A stretch of DNA of 58,484 nucleotides from a virus. Taxonomy: Duplodnaviria > Caudoviricetes. Positions 10,354 through 20,604 of this stretch are shown here, piece after piece; positions within the stretch are counted from its first letter, which is position 1, and every line of letters begins with the position of its first letter. Below the pieces are notes generated by a model. That model saw only the letters and a program-made list of their open reading frames with translations, ran no database searches and had not been told where the DNA came from. The stretch is taken from positions 1 through 58,484 of the IMG/VR virus record IMGVR_UViG_3300047380_001405; one strand, written 5' to 3'. The position numbers and the translations under genes were made by a program.

Positions 10354-10385
10354 AAAAAAAAAGGGGGACAGGAGTCCTATCCCCC
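10354..10385 (-). terminator. Rho-independent terminator after the major capsid gene
   Basis: GGGGGAUAGG-ACU-CCUGUCCCCC followed by U9 on the minus strand. Confidence 0.85.
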
Positions 10386-10393
10386 AATTAATA

Positions 10394-11731
10394 TTACTTC
10401 ATGATAACGAAGTTGTTTGCACCGTGTACGCAAAGCGCTCTTTCACTTAAGAAATGAACTTGCATTGCATCTAGGTCACTACTCATTCCAGCTGTACCAG
10501 CAGAACCAGTTACCCAAGACTTGTACTTACGATCTTCAGCTTCTGACTTTCTATATTTTACATGTAAGAAAGGTCTAACTGCGTTTTTACCTAAAACTTG
10601 ATCGTAGATAGTAGTAGTACCAGCGGGCACTAATACACCATCAACAGCAGAAGTTAATGCTCCTGTAGTTGGATCGTTTAAGTATTTCCAGTCAGTTTTG
10701 TAGAAGTCATATCCTAAGTTAAATCCTTGAAAACCTAAGCTAATAGCCATGCTCTCGTCGTTATCAAATAAACCATAAGAACTTGTAGAAGCACCGCTGT
10801 TGTTTTGTGCAGCTAGTACTGTATCAATTTCAAATGATTTAGTTCTGTTAACGAAAAGAACGTTTTCTTGAATAGCTCCTTCTTTATCTAGAACTTTGAT
10901 GATTTCTTCAATGTCTGTACGAGCAGCGATAGATCCTGTTGAGATGTTACCTCTGTTGTCTAGTTCATAGAATAAACCTTTTGTTCCTTTGTATCCAGCA
11001 GACTCTGCGCCAGATGAACCAGCAGCAGGACGACCTTCAATTAAAGAAAGCTCCATATAGTCTTCGAAACGTAAACGAGTTTCATGCTCTGATTTTAAAT
11101 ACCAAAGGTATCCAGTAGCACCATTCTCAGTAGTCACTTCAATCCATCCGATCTGAGCTAAGTCAGAACCATTAACCTCGTACTTATCTTTAATGATAAT
11201 TGGGTTGTTAGTTTGGATGTCTTTTGGTGCCTCTAGAGAACCACTCATTCCGTTAGTTCCTTTTTTGAATTCAGAACCAAACGCAAATACTTTTAACCCA
11301 GTAGTTGCGATGGCACTTGCAAGGTTAGCATTTTCATAAGATGCTACAGTAAACGTATTAGTTGTAGTAGCAGTAATGATTGCTTTCTCTTGGTCAGTTC
11401 CATCAGAAACAATAACTGTTTGGTTTACACGGAAAGGGTGTCCGTTTGATGTAATAACATCAGCAGAACGAGTCGCTCCAGACACGGCTAAGTGTAGTCT
11501 TCCTTGCTCTGACCATTGGATTACGTCAGATTGGAAAGGCATCTCAGCTCCTACCATTCTTAAAAAAGAAGATACAGAACGATTTCCATACTTTTCAAAT
11601 TCAGCTTCATAAACATCAGGTAAATATTGAGAAGTAAACTCAATAGATGACCCTAAATAATTGCTCGACAATGTCGATTTACTTGGCGCTGGGGTTAATG
11701 CTCCACCAACACCACTCATAGTTACACTCAT
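10394..11731 (-). CDS. Major capsid protein (HK97 fold, crAss-like type)
   Basis: 445 aa, follows portal and scaffold, strong terminator, high-expression codon usage; WSEQGRLH and FYKTDWKYLND motifs. Confidence 0.8.
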   Translation of the reverse strand: MSVTMSGVGGALTPAPSKSTLSSNYLGSSIEFTSQYLPDVYEAEFEKYGNRSVSSFLRMVGAEMPFQSDVIQWSEQGRLHLAVSGATRSADVITSNGHPFRVNQTVIVSDGTDQEKAIITATTTNTFTVASYENANLASAIATTGLKVFAFGSEFKKGTNGMSGSLEAPKDIQTNNPIIIKDKYEVNGSDLAQIGWIEVTTENGATGYLWYLKSEHETRLRFEDYMELSLIEGRPAAGSSGAESAGYKGTKGLFYELDNRGNISTGSIAARTDIEEIIKVLDKEGAIQENVLFVNRTKSFEIDTVLAAQNNSGASTSSYGLFDNDESMAISLGFQGFNLGYDFYKTDWKYLNDPTTGALTSAVDGVLVPAGTTTIYDQVLGKNAVRPFLHVKYRKSEAEDRKYKSWVTGSAGTAGMSSDLDAMQVHFLSERALCVHGANNFVIMK

Positions 11732-11754
11732 GGTAAATAGTTTTTAATGATTAA

Positions 11755-12927
11755 TTATCTTTTTTTAATTTTAAAAGAGAACGTGTCATCATTTTCGAGG
11801 GCTCTAAATTTAATACCACTACTTTCTGTCTGCATATTTTGCCTAACATCCATGTCAATATTTTTTGTTTCCTTGACAATCCCGTTAGTTGCATCAGCCT
11901 TACCTTGTTCGTATGCGAACTTAAATATTGCATCCGCATTTTGCGCAGCATACAAAGCCTTGTGATACTTGTTTATATCTTTAACAGAACCGTTTTCATC
12001 TAGGTGCTGATTAAAAAAGTTGTTTATATCTGATTGAACCTCTTTAACCTTCACTACATCATTCGGCTTGTAGACTTGTTTCTTTTCCCCAGCTGTGAAT
12101 TCAAAACCTTTGAAATCATTAGAAAAAAGATCGTTTGTCTTTTCTGCAAAAATACGTGAGCGTTCCTCTTGAGCCTTTTGACCCTTTTCCGACTGTTCTC
12201 TGTATTCATTATAAAAACTAAAAGCTTCTTTGTATTCATCTGGAAGATTAGCATCTCTTGACTCAAGCGGTGCCTTATACTTTTCCTTCAGTCCTTCAAA
12301 GTGACTTGTAGCCTTATATAATTCCTCTTTATAAGCAATCTTTTTCTTTTTGATATCTTTTTCATCATCAATATCAGCATCATAGCTGTATTCTTCTGTT
12401 ATTAGATAATCAATCTCGTCTATATCTAAATGAGGTTTTGTTTGCTTGTAGTATTCTCGCAAGCGTGTTGTCTCATCTACTTTTGACCAATCCTGTTGCA
12501 GTTTTGCGTAGTCTTCAAAGGAACGTCCAGTTTCCTTTTGATACTTCATAAACTCTGCAATTTCTTCAGGCAAAGATTGCTCTTGTTTTTTTTCAGTATT
12601 TTTAAGAACTTCTATTGACTCAACCTCAAGGTTGTGTCTATCTTTTAGATAACTTAAAATGCTGTTATCATCAAGCTCGTAGGGCTTTTCTACTTTTTGC
12701 TCTACTTCTTGCTTTTCTTCTTGTACGTCTTGGGCTTGCTCTTCGACTTGCTCGCTGACGACTTCTTCTTGCTGTGATACATCATCTTCTTTGTTGTTAT
12801 CTGTTATTTCTTCTTTTACTTCTTGATTGTCAACTTCTTTTGGCTCTTCTTGAACCTCTGGTTGCTCTTTTTGTTTTGGCTCAATAGGATTCCCATCGTC
12901 ATCCAACGCCCTTACTTTCCATTCCAT
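11755..12927 (-). CDS. Putative capsid scaffolding protein
   Basis: Very acidic, low-complexity N-terminus and coiled coil; between portal and major capsid genes. Confidence 0.6.
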   Translation of the reverse strand: MEWKVRALDDDGNPIEPKQKEQPEVQEEPKEVDNQEVKEEITDNNKEDDVSQQEEVVSEQVEEQAQDVQEEKQEVEQKVEKPYELDDNSILSYLKDRHNLEVESIEVLKNTEKKQEQSLPEEIAEFMKYQKETGRSFEDYAKLQQDWSKVDETTRLREYYKQTKPHLDIDEIDYLITEEYSYDADIDDEKDIKKKKIAYKEELYKATSHFEGLKEKYKAPLESRDANLPDEYKEAFSFYNEYREQSEKGQKAQEERSRIFAEKTNDLFSNDFKGFEFTAGEKKQVYKPNDVVKVKEVQSDINNFFNQHLDENGSVKDINKYHKALYAAQNADAIFKFAYEQGKADATNGIVKETKNIDMDVRQNMQTESSGIKFRALENDDTFSFKIKKR

Positions 12928-12962
12928 ATTATTAAATTAAATTGTATTGCAAAATTATAAAA

Positions 12963-15386
12963 TTAATCAACACCCACGATCCCACTCATACCTGAGCCTA
13001 ATGAATCTTGACCATCAAAGTCTATAGGATCTAAGTCTTGTTTTCTTTGCTGTATTAGCTTTGACTGTTGAGATGCTTGCTTAGCTGTTCTCTTGTCTTT
13101 CCTGTCTTCTTTGTATCTGTCTTTTTCCTGCTGCATTTGTAGCTCGGAAGACTTTATTTGACTTTCTATGCCCTTTTGCATTTTAATAAGCTCTGACTTA
13201 AGAAGAAACTCTTGCTGCATTCTCTTCATTTCTAACTCAGACTCTAGCTGCTTTATTTTAGCTTCTGCTTCCATTTTAGCTAAAGCGGTCTGTTGTTTTC
13301 CTTGTTCAGCTGTGAGTGAAGCTTGCTGATTGGCTTCTGCTTGAAGCGCAATGTTTTCTTGCTGACGTTTGTTGTCAAGCTTTTCTTTTCGTCTTTTTCT
13401 AACCTTCAATAACTGAGATGCTATTTTTACGTTCTTTACGCTTCTTATATCAATAGCATCATCAATGTCTATTTTACCAGCAGACAAGGAGGTTTGTATG
13501 TTTTGCTCTAACATTTGTCTTTCTTCCTCATCAGGATGAAGCTCTATGTATATTCCAAAATCATGTAAATGAAGCTCCTTTATTTCATTTAGTATATCGA
13601 CGCTGTGTCTTCCAATACTTTTTACGAAATCTTCTTTCATGGTAGAATATTCAAGTATATCTGAAATTCTGTATCCCACGCACTCAGCAATTCGTTGTGT
13701 TGTAAAAATACCTGACTTTAATATATGTCTTGTCGCAGTGTTTGAATTTAAGGCTGCTAATTTTTGAACGCCAACTAGTGCGTTTGGATCAGGCGTTGAG
13801 CCATCTCTTGCTTCGTTAAGTCCAGTTACGCCCCTTAATAGGTTTAGGTTGTAATTGTACATGTTTATTAAAGAAGATATTTTTGAGTTTGCTCCCGAAG
13901 AAGTTAGCTCTTGAATAGGGACTTTTCCATTATTAAACTCCCCTTCTTCTGTGTAGCTTCTTCCAATTACTGATCCTGTTTGAAAATAAAGGTTCAGAGC
14001 CTCTTGGGGAGAATAGGTATTTCCATTACCTAAATTCACAGATGATAGACCATCGATGTCAATAAAAACCCCATCTGGTATCATCTTAGATGCAACTTGT
14101 TGCAGTTTTAAATGCAATAGCTGTATCTGATCAGCGAATGGAATCATTCTTTTGACAAGAGAATCAATCTGACCCCTGTACATTTTTGGTGCACTGACAA
14201 TAAACGGGGCGTACACCTTCTCTATCGAGCTCTTTGGTCTCACCATGTTTTTCATCACCTCCCACTTCAATATCTTGTTTGTTCCTAATACAAGTACACC
14301 TTCGTACCATACGTCAATTCTTTTAGATAATTTTTCAAAACGTGCTTGTTCTGTTTTTGGTGGGTTGAATTGATCGTCCTTTTTAAGTACTTTTTCGCCT
14401 CCATAGGCGTTTTTCTTTTTCTTGTATACGATATTCTTGTCAGTCTTATAACAGAAATACAACAATGTTGCTGTATTGTAGTCAAATGTGTCAGTCTTAT
14501 AACCTCCACGCATGCCTTGATAGGCATCGAACTTAGAAGATGATTTAGCTATTTCATCTATCTCAGATTGCGTTAAATTAGGATTTATTTTTTTTATTTC
14601 AGTTATGTTTACATTTTTCACTTCTCCAAAGTAATAACAGTCCTCGAAATAAGGATCTTCAGTAGGGCTGTATACTAGGTCAGAAGGATCAACGTATTCA
14701 ACACGAATGCCTTCATGAGTATTAAAGGAATGTTTTACAGCAGATATACCTAGCACCGTTGCATCCTCATCAATTCTTTTTTTAGTCAATTCGTAGTTGT
14801 TATATTTTAAGGTTGTCTCAATTGCTTTTTCTTCGGCAATCTCTATGTCATCCTTGTAATCTATCTGCATATGAAGCTCAAGCTCGTCGTCTGTTTCTGG
14901 TAGCGTGTCTGGATTAGAGCTAAACATGCTTTTTCCTAGCATAGCTCCAATTTCCTCAAAATCCTCTTTGTTTCGCATTTCTGTTTGAATGCGATTTTTG
15001 TACATTGCTTTCTTGTTAGAGGATACAGGGTCAACCGAATCAGCCTTTACATCAAACAAACGATTTGAAATCCCATTAACAACAATATCTACAAACTTTG
15101 GTATTATTGGAACTGGAGTCCAATCTAAATTTAGATAAGATATATCTCCATTAACAGCTAGTTCGTTTTTATATTTTCTAACTGACTGCTCCCCCATTGC
15201 GTAAGTTCGCAGTTTATGGTAAGTGTCTCTGTTGTTATAAAACCTTGATTGTCCACCTTCTTTTCTGAACCATTCAGATTCGATGGCTCTTCCAACCATT
15301 AGCCCATATTCTTCTGACGCTTTCTCGGCATCGGACGCTAATTGGTTTGGAAATCCTATAATGTAATTCGTAGAAGAATTCTGCAT
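12963..15386 (-). CDS. Portal protein
   Basis: 807 aa directly after terminase; SYLNLDWTPVPIIPKFVDIVVNG and TGLNEARDGS motifs; long Gln-rich coiled-coil barrel. Confidence 0.85.
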   Translation of the reverse strand: MQNSSTNYIIGFPNQLASDAEKASEEYGLMVGRAIESEWFRKEGGQSRFYNNRDTYHKLRTYAMGEQSVRKYKNELAVNGDISYLNLDWTPVPIIPKFVDIVVNGISNRLFDVKADSVDPVSSNKKAMYKNRIQTEMRNKEDFEEIGAMLGKSMFSSNPDTLPETDDELELHMQIDYKDDIEIAEEKAIETTLKYNNYELTKKRIDEDATVLGISAVKHSFNTHEGIRVEYVDPSDLVYSPTEDPYFEDCYYFGEVKNVNITEIKKINPNLTQSEIDEIAKSSSKFDAYQGMRGGYKTDTFDYNTATLLYFCYKTDKNIVYKKKKNAYGGEKVLKKDDQFNPPKTEQARFEKLSKRIDVWYEGVLVLGTNKILKWEVMKNMVRPKSSIEKVYAPFIVSAPKMYRGQIDSLVKRMIPFADQIQLLHLKLQQVASKMIPDGVFIDIDGLSSVNLGNGNTYSPQEALNLYFQTGSVIGRSYTEEGEFNNGKVPIQELTSSGANSKISSLINMYNYNLNLLRGVTGLNEARDGSTPDPNALVGVQKLAALNSNTATRHILKSGIFTTQRIAECVGYRISDILEYSTMKEDFVKSIGRHSVDILNEIKELHLHDFGIYIELHPDEEERQMLEQNIQTSLSAGKIDIDDAIDIRSVKNVKIASQLLKVRKRRKEKLDNKRQQENIALQAEANQQASLTAEQGKQQTALAKMEAEAKIKQLESELEMKRMQQEFLLKSELIKMQKGIESQIKSSELQMQQEKDRYKEDRKDKRTAKQASQQSKLIQQRKQDLDPIDFDGQDSLGSGMSGIVGVD

Positions 15387-15390
15387 GCGT

Positions 15391-17670
15391 TTACTTTATA
15401 ATAGTGCTAACTGATCCGCTATTATTATATCTTGCAAAGTTAACATTTATTTCCGTATTATTTTTCTGAGGCTTAACTACATACTTTTGAGTTGCCATGA
15501 TCGCTAAACCAGAGCTAACCGTTGCATCAAACTTCGTTCTTTTATTTATATCATAGTTTGCCCAATCTAGTAAAGTTCTTGAAAAATACATGTTTCCAGT
15601 GCCTTCATCGTTGAAGCCAACTCGCTCCTCTATATAGGTTTCAATTGCTTCAGCGTGTATAGATATAACCGAAGGCGAAGAGGGTATTCCTCCAAGTTCT
15701 TTTTCTGCCTTTGATAGATCATTTTTATTCTTATCTGGTCTGTTTATACTCCACTTTCTATACCCTCTGTTTTTTATATGATAAAGAAGTCTTGGTTTGT
15801 TGTTCTCTGCTAATATTGGCATGCCGTAAAAAACCATAGCCATCAATACGTCTTCGTAAAATAACTCAGCAGTTTGAGGTCTATATATATATTCTAAAAA
15901 GAAAGTATTTGAAGGTCCATCTAGGTTTGGTCTACAGTATCCATGAAGAGCTCCATTAGAACCTCCACCTCCAACAGTTCCAGATATATCATATGAGTCA
16001 CAACCAAAAGCCCCTATATGCTCATTACCAGGATATTTAAATCCATTTTTATTTATAACCCTGTTTCTTAACTCAAAAGGAGGTATCCAAGAAACATAAA
16101 ACCTTCCGTTTTTTTCTGGTGTCCACACAACCTCTGAATCTTTTATCCCGTTTTTCCAATGAAAACCTCCTCTTTGAACAACTCTTTGCCTTTGAAGCCC
16201 GTCATTAAAATCTATTTGCTCATATATTTTTGTTAGATTAAATAGACTATTTTTTGCCTCATCCCTAAAAGCGTGACCTTCTGTTCTAGGAAACTGCCTA
16301 TAAAACTCATTAAGAGCATCAGAATCACTTCTTAGGCTCTCTACTTCATTTTCCCAGTAGTCTATTACCCCTCCATCTATTGTGTCTCCATAAGCGTCTA
16401 AAATAGGCTTATTTGGCTTTCTAAAAACTGGGTGACCGTGATGATTTAAAAAACCCTCGAAGTTCCATTCCATTGGTATAAATAAACTATACATGCCACT
16501 TTTAGTTTGACCATTAGCATTTCTCTGAGTCACATCAGAGTCCATATATAATCTCTTAAAATTACTTCCACCTTTGTCAAGTGAATTAGAGGTGGATCCC
16601 ATCATACACTTACCGATCACTCTTCTCCCTAGTCTGAGACAAGTTTTAGTGACACGCCAACTGTTGAGGATGTTATCTGGACGTTCCCATTTTCCAGACT
16701 CATCATGAACAAGCAGTCGGAGTTTCTCACCGTCATAGGAATTGTCGCCTGTATTTTTCCAATCAATTGTTGTGTCAAGACCTGCGAGTTCTTCTTGTTG
16801 TTCTGTTTCTTGAATCGATTTTCTAGTAAGCTTTGATGCTGGGACCCTGTAGGCGAGCTCTGTCTTGGGTTTGTCCATTCCGTCTTGTATTGGTTTAAAG
16901 AAGAAGGGATAGTTGACGGATATCGGTACGACCTTGTCTGTAAACATTTTTTTAGCATCAGCTCCTGATTTGGACAGTATCCCAAACCGTGCGTCTGAAG
17001 TAATTGTCGCTTGAGCAACGGATTCTGCTGAAGACATAAAGGAGAAACCAGACCTTCTGTTTTTAAGATAGCACATTCCGTAACACCTAGTGTCGGCTTT
17101 ACACGCTTCCCAGAAAATATAGAATACTCTATTAGACTCTCTGAACTCAGGGAGCCCAACATCAATCTTGGTCCACTGCAAGTACATGTAATGAGAGCCA
17201 GTAATATAAGTAGGATTGCCGTTGTTTTTAAACCAAAAACCATTTTCTCTTCTTTCAAACTCATCTTCAATGTAATCAACCCAACTCTCTTTGAATGCAG
17301 ACGGGTAGTCGTTCCACTGGAATATGGTCTTAATTTTTTTAAGTTCTTTTGGGATTTCGAAAGGTTCCCAGTATTGTTCTGCATCCGTCTTGTCTCTAGA
17401 GAAAATGTTTTTCGGCTGCAAAGGTAGTGCTATTTTTAAATTTTGTATCTCAACAACATCACCTATTTGCCCAGACTTAGATATGACAATAACATCATGT
17501 TCGCTGTTGTATCCATAGTCCCAAGCTTTCTTTTTGTTTAGTTTGTCTCTAGTTTTACTATCAATATGAGAGACAACCTTGCATAGCTCAAGACTTTCGT
17601 CCCCTAGACTCTGCGAAGCTTTGGAATCCTTTATCTTTTCCTTTGCCGTCTTTAGTCTGATCTTCGCCAT
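15391..17670 (-). CDS. terL: Terminase large subunit
   Basis: Walker A-like KNRRSGFS, Walker B LLVHDESGK, MGST coupling motif, RNase H-like nuclease FGCDSYD...FDATVSSG. Confidence 0.9.
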   Translation of the reverse strand: MAKIRLKTAKEKIKDSKASQSLGDESLELCKVVSHIDSKTRDKLNKKKAWDYGYNSEHDVIVISKSGQIGDVVEIQNLKIALPLQPKNIFSRDKTDAEQYWEPFEIPKELKKIKTIFQWNDYPSAFKESWVDYIEDEFERRENGFWFKNNGNPTYITGSHYMYLQWTKIDVGLPEFRESNRVFYIFWEACKADTRCYGMCYLKNRRSGFSFMSSAESVAQATITSDARFGILSKSGADAKKMFTDKVVPISVNYPFFFKPIQDGMDKPKTELAYRVPASKLTRKSIQETEQQEELAGLDTTIDWKNTGDNSYDGEKLRLLVHDESGKWERPDNILNSWRVTKTCLRLGRRVIGKCMMGSTSNSLDKGGSNFKRLYMDSDVTQRNANGQTKSGMYSLFIPMEWNFEGFLNHHGHPVFRKPNKPILDAYGDTIDGGVIDYWENEVESLRSDSDALNEFYRQFPRTEGHAFRDEAKNSLFNLTKIYEQIDFNDGLQRQRVVQRGGFHWKNGIKDSEVVWTPEKNGRFYVSWIPPFELRNRVINKNGFKYPGNEHIGAFGCDSYDISGTVGGGGSNGALHGYCRPNLDGPSNTFFLEYIYRPQTAELFYEDVLMAMVFYGMPILAENNKPRLLYHIKNRGYRKWSINRPDKNKNDLSKAEKELGGIPSSPSVISIHAEAIETYIEERVGFNDEGTGNMYFSRTLLDWANYDINKRTKFDATVSSGLAIMATQKYVVKPQKNNTEINVNFARYNNSGSVSTIIK

Positions 17671-17887
17671 TTAATTTTTCTCTTTCATTTTCAATACGCT
17701 GTAATATTTCAAAGGCATCAAATATAGCAAGCTTCTTCGTTGCTGCTGCGTTTTTTAATCTATCGGCAGCTAAATCATCATCTGGTTTACCTGTAATTAT
17801 TTCTTCTTGAGCAACCTTTATTAATTCTTCAACAGCCCTTTCTCCAGCTAATATTACCCTTAATATTGTTTCTTGAGTGTCACTCAT
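17588..17887 (-). CDS. Putative terminase small subunit
   Basis: Helical 99-aa protein immediately upstream of terL (ADRLKNAAATKKLAIFDAFEIL). Confidence 0.5.
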   Translation of the reverse strand: MSDTQETILRVILAGERAVEELIKVAQEEIITGKPDDDLAADRLKNAAATKKLAIFDAFEILQRIENEREKLNGEDQTKDGKGKDKGFQSFAESRGRKS

Positions 17888-17954
17888 TTAAATAAGTATA
17901 AGTAAAGTAGTAGCCCTCCCAAGTTCCTGTTGTAACCCAATATTCTTCTTTCAT
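17880..17954 (-). CDS. Tiny hypothetical protein (24 aa)
   Basis: MKEEYWVTTGTWEGYYFTYTYLNE; fills the gap and overlaps both neighbours (ATGA coupling). Confidence 0.35.
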   Translation of the reverse strand: MKEEYWVTTGTWEGYYFTYTYLNE

Positions 17955-18184
17955 TCTTTCTTAGCTTCTAAAAGTCCTCTTTCGTATTCAGACTTTTTTT
18001 CCAACTCCAATATACGACTTTCCATATTGCTAATGACTAAAATCTTTTCATCTAATCTTTCATGAACTAGATGAATTTCATCTTTCAAAGCAGTAAACTC
18101 AGCGAATATACCTCCTGCGGCAAATACAGCAACCACAAAAGAAACAACTATTGATAAATTATTTTTTATAAAAGCGTCAGGCAT
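17951..18184 (-). CDS. Membrane-anchored coiled-coil protein
   Basis: One N-terminal TM helix followed by a coiled coil. Confidence 0.5.
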   Translation of the reverse strand: MPDAFIKNNLSIVVSFVVAVFAAGGIFAEFTALKDEIHLVHERLDEKILVISNMESRILELEKKSEYERGLLEAKKE

Positions 18185-18185
18185 A

Positions 18186-18731
18186 TTAACATAATTTAAT
18201 ACAAATATCCGAATTTTTCATTCTATATATTTTTTCGTCATCTATAACAAACTCATATTCAGAATTTCTAGTAAAACCAATTTTTGTTCCTTCAGTATAT
18301 ACTGAGCTATGTTTTATAAGTCCCACGTGCTCTTCCTTTTTTTTGTCAGATCTATATATCTCACCATCTTGAATATAGTCAAGAGGAGATACAAAGCAAT
18401 ATTCTTTAGTCGTTTTCCATCCATCTCCGTTATCGTACATATATATTTTATCAGGATGAACTAAATATTGACCATCCCTAAAGTATTCGTTACTTTTTCT
18501 TTTTTTGCCCTTCATATCAAGATAGGTTCTAAAAACATTATGATGAACAACTACTATACTACCAACTGGTATCTCTCCACCAATCGGAATCGCATTTACA
18601 ATACCCATTCGGTTTACAAAACTCGCATCCTCTATTGATGTGTTTATCGTGAACTCCTGGTTGGCTATTTTTTTTGTGTTTTTGTACTCTCTTCCTAAAG
18701 GAGTCACCAAGTAATCCCATCTTGGATTCAT
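18186..18731 (-). CDS. GroES-like-fold hypothetical protein
   Basis: Two beta-rich repeats (GSIVVVHHNVF; GTKIGF...EYEFVIDDEKIYRMKNSDI) reminiscent of cpn10. Confidence 0.4.
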   Translation of the reverse strand: MNPRWDYLVTPLGREYKNTKKIANQEFTINTSIEDASFVNRMGIVNAIPIGGEIPVGSIVVVHHNVFRTYLDMKGKKRKSNEYFRDGQYLVHPDKIYMYDNGDGWKTTKEYCFVSPLDYIQDGEIYRSDKKKEEHVGLIKHSSVYTEGTKIGFTRNSEYEFVIDDEKIYRMKNSDICIKLC

Positions 18732-18946
18732 ATTAGATTTATGTTGTATTCAACTACTACTGGAATATCCTTAAACTCTTTCCATTTTACAGACTCGTCG
18801 TTTTTTTTAACCCAAACACTAAATCCTTCTTGCTCTTGAGCTATATCGCTTATTGTATATGACCCTCCTAAAACCCCTTGATTAACTATATAGTGCATAG
18901 CATTCTTGTAGTCTGCTCCTACAGATATTTTTCTTATGTAATTCAT
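18728..18946 (-). CDS. Hypothetical protein
   Basis: IRKISVGADYKNAMHY; translationally coupled to the next gene. Confidence 0.6.
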   Translation of the reverse strand: MNYIRKISVGADYKNAMHYIVNQGVLGGSYTISDIAQEQEGFSVWVKKNDESVKWKEFKDIPVVVEYNINLI

Positions 18947-19246
18947 TTATATTTTATTTTCTTCGGTAAAGTTTGTGACCTTAACTATCTTGCCCATTTT
19001 ATAATGAACTGTTTGGCGTATAAATCCATTTTCCTTGTACATCACAAACAAACCGTCATTAATTAAAACTCCATCAACAACAACAACTTGACCCGAAATT
19101 ACAGGTTTTTCATTAGAATAAAAAACAACTTTCATTCTTTTCGTAGGTGAAGTTGCGATATGAGATTCATTTTTTTGTGAAAAAACACCTACTGTTGTAA
19201 GCAAAAACAGTAAAAATGTTAATCCGCATGTCTTTAGATCTTCCAT
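18947..19246 (-). CDS. Secreted protein with a MORN/YwqK-like repeat
   Basis: Signal-peptide-like N-terminus (..GVFSQ); DGLFVMYKENG...YKMGK repeat. Confidence 0.4.
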   Translation of the reverse strand: MEDLKTCGLTFLLFLLTTVGVFSQKNESHIATSPTKRMKVVFYSNEKPVISGQVVVVDGVLINDGLFVMYKENGFIRQTVHYKMGKIVKVTNFTEENKI

Positions 19247-19247
19247 T

Positions 19248-19688
19248 TTATATATCATCTACCATTTCCTCAAAACCTTGTCTTTGTTTTAGCCTTGAGT
19301 AAGCATCCACAAAAATATTGTTGTGATCTCCTTTGTAAAGTTCATTAGTAACTATGTAATTGTAGAAAGCATTGTCTCCATCTAGATAAGCTTGTTCACT
19401 TTCAAACACCCAAATTGCATACTGTATCTCGTAAAATTTCTGTGTGACTCCATCTGCATCTAAAAACAACCTTCTATTAACAGTCACTTGACTGATGTTG
19501 CAATAGACATTTTCGTGTTCTACGCTTGTAATTACAGGATCTTGTCCTTCTAGTGTCTCAGTTGTGCCTCTCTTATCATAGTCTGGATGTCCTTCGGGTA
19601 AGTCACTCGGATAAGTAACTTCAATTTCTCTAGCTGTGAACTCATTTGTGTGGTTTGCCCAATGAGTAAAAGTTCCAATTATTGCCAT
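19248..19688 (-). CDS. Hypothetical protein, possible fibre chaperone
   Basis: 146-aa acidic ORF at the end of the fibre cluster. Confidence 0.5.
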   Translation of the reverse strand: MAIIGTFTHWANHTNEFTAREIEVTYPSDLPEGHPDYDKRGTTETLEGQDPVITSVEHENVYCNISQVTVNRRLFLDADGVTQKFYEIQYAIWVFESEQAYLDGDNAFYNYIVTNELYKGDHNNIFVDAYSRLKQRQGFEEMVDDI

Positions 19689-19698
19689 TTTTTTTATT

Positions 19699-20595
19699 TT
19701 ATGTTAAGTCAAATTCGTGTTGTAAAAGTCCTGCGGAAAAAGAATTAGTCCCTGCAGTTCCTGTTAAAGTGTTTCTCATCAAACTAGATGTGTTGCTATT
19801 AGTTGTGGCACTTGTATAATCACCTGTAGCACTTAAAACTCTATTTGATAATGAATATCCACTAGGAGCATAAGTGTAAAGTTGTACGTTTTGAGGAGCG
19901 TGATCAAAATAGTAGTGTGACCAAGTTCCCCCACCTTGTCTATTTGTGGTGTTTGTTGCAAGTTTTATGTCCATACAACAATTACCAGAACCGCATCCCG
20001 TGTAAGGCGAATTAGTCCAATAACTAACATTGTAAGCGGTGTTATATTCATTTCCTCTACAGCCATTCAAAATGTGAGGTGCAGTCCCATTGAATTGAGC
20101 AGGACTCGTTGATGTACCTCCATAGCCTGTCCGCATATATCCAGCATTTTGATAAGTAGAAGTGCTTGTGTCAAGATATTGGTTAGTCAAAGAAAGTTGA
20201 GATATACTTGTGTATGACAATTTAGAGCTAGTGCTTTGTGAAATTAAATTTGGTACAAAAGCAGTTGCTTGAGTCCTAGTCACACCTACGCTTTCTCCTC
20301 CATCGTTTATAGCAAAAGCAGTAATGTAGTAAGTTGTCCCTGCAGTTAATCCTGTTGCATTATAAGTGTAAGCACCTGTCGAAGCATTTGTTGAAACTGT
20401 ATATTTTGTGTTAGATAAATAACTTGCATTTGCTCCAATGTAAAATCCTACACTAACATTTCCACTTCCTCCACCAATAGAACTCAATGTTCCATTAGCA
20501 GTAAATGTAGTTCCTGCAACGCTACTAGTTGAATCTGTAACTACTACAGGCAATTCTATTGAGCCAAAACTTAAAAATCTTCTTCCTAAACTCAT
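19699..20595 (-). CDS. Tail fibre/appendage protein with an FN3-like domain
   Basis: Thr/Ser/Gly rich; TGLTAGTTYYITAFAIN is FN3-like. Confidence 0.55.
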   Translation of the reverse strand: MSLGRRFLSFGSIELPVVVTDSTSSVAGTTFTANGTLSSIGGGSGNVSVGFYIGANASYLSNTKYTVSTNASTGAYTYNATGLTAGTTYYITAFAINDGGESVGVTRTQATAFVPNLISQSTSSKLSYTSISQLSLTNQYLDTSTSTYQNAGYMRTGYGGTSTSPAQFNGTAPHILNGCRGNEYNTAYNVSYWTNSPYTGCGSGNCCMDIKLATNTTNRQGGGTWSHYYFDHAPQNVQLYTYAPSGYSLSNRVLSATGDYTSATTNSNTSSLMRNTLTGTAGTNSFSAGLLQHEFDLT

Positions 20596-20604
20596 AAATT
20601 TTAA

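Noticed and set aside
16629-17384. 251-aa same-strand alternative-frame ORF inside terL
   Set aside because: No recognisable motifs and fully nested in a conserved gene; most likely a shadow frame.
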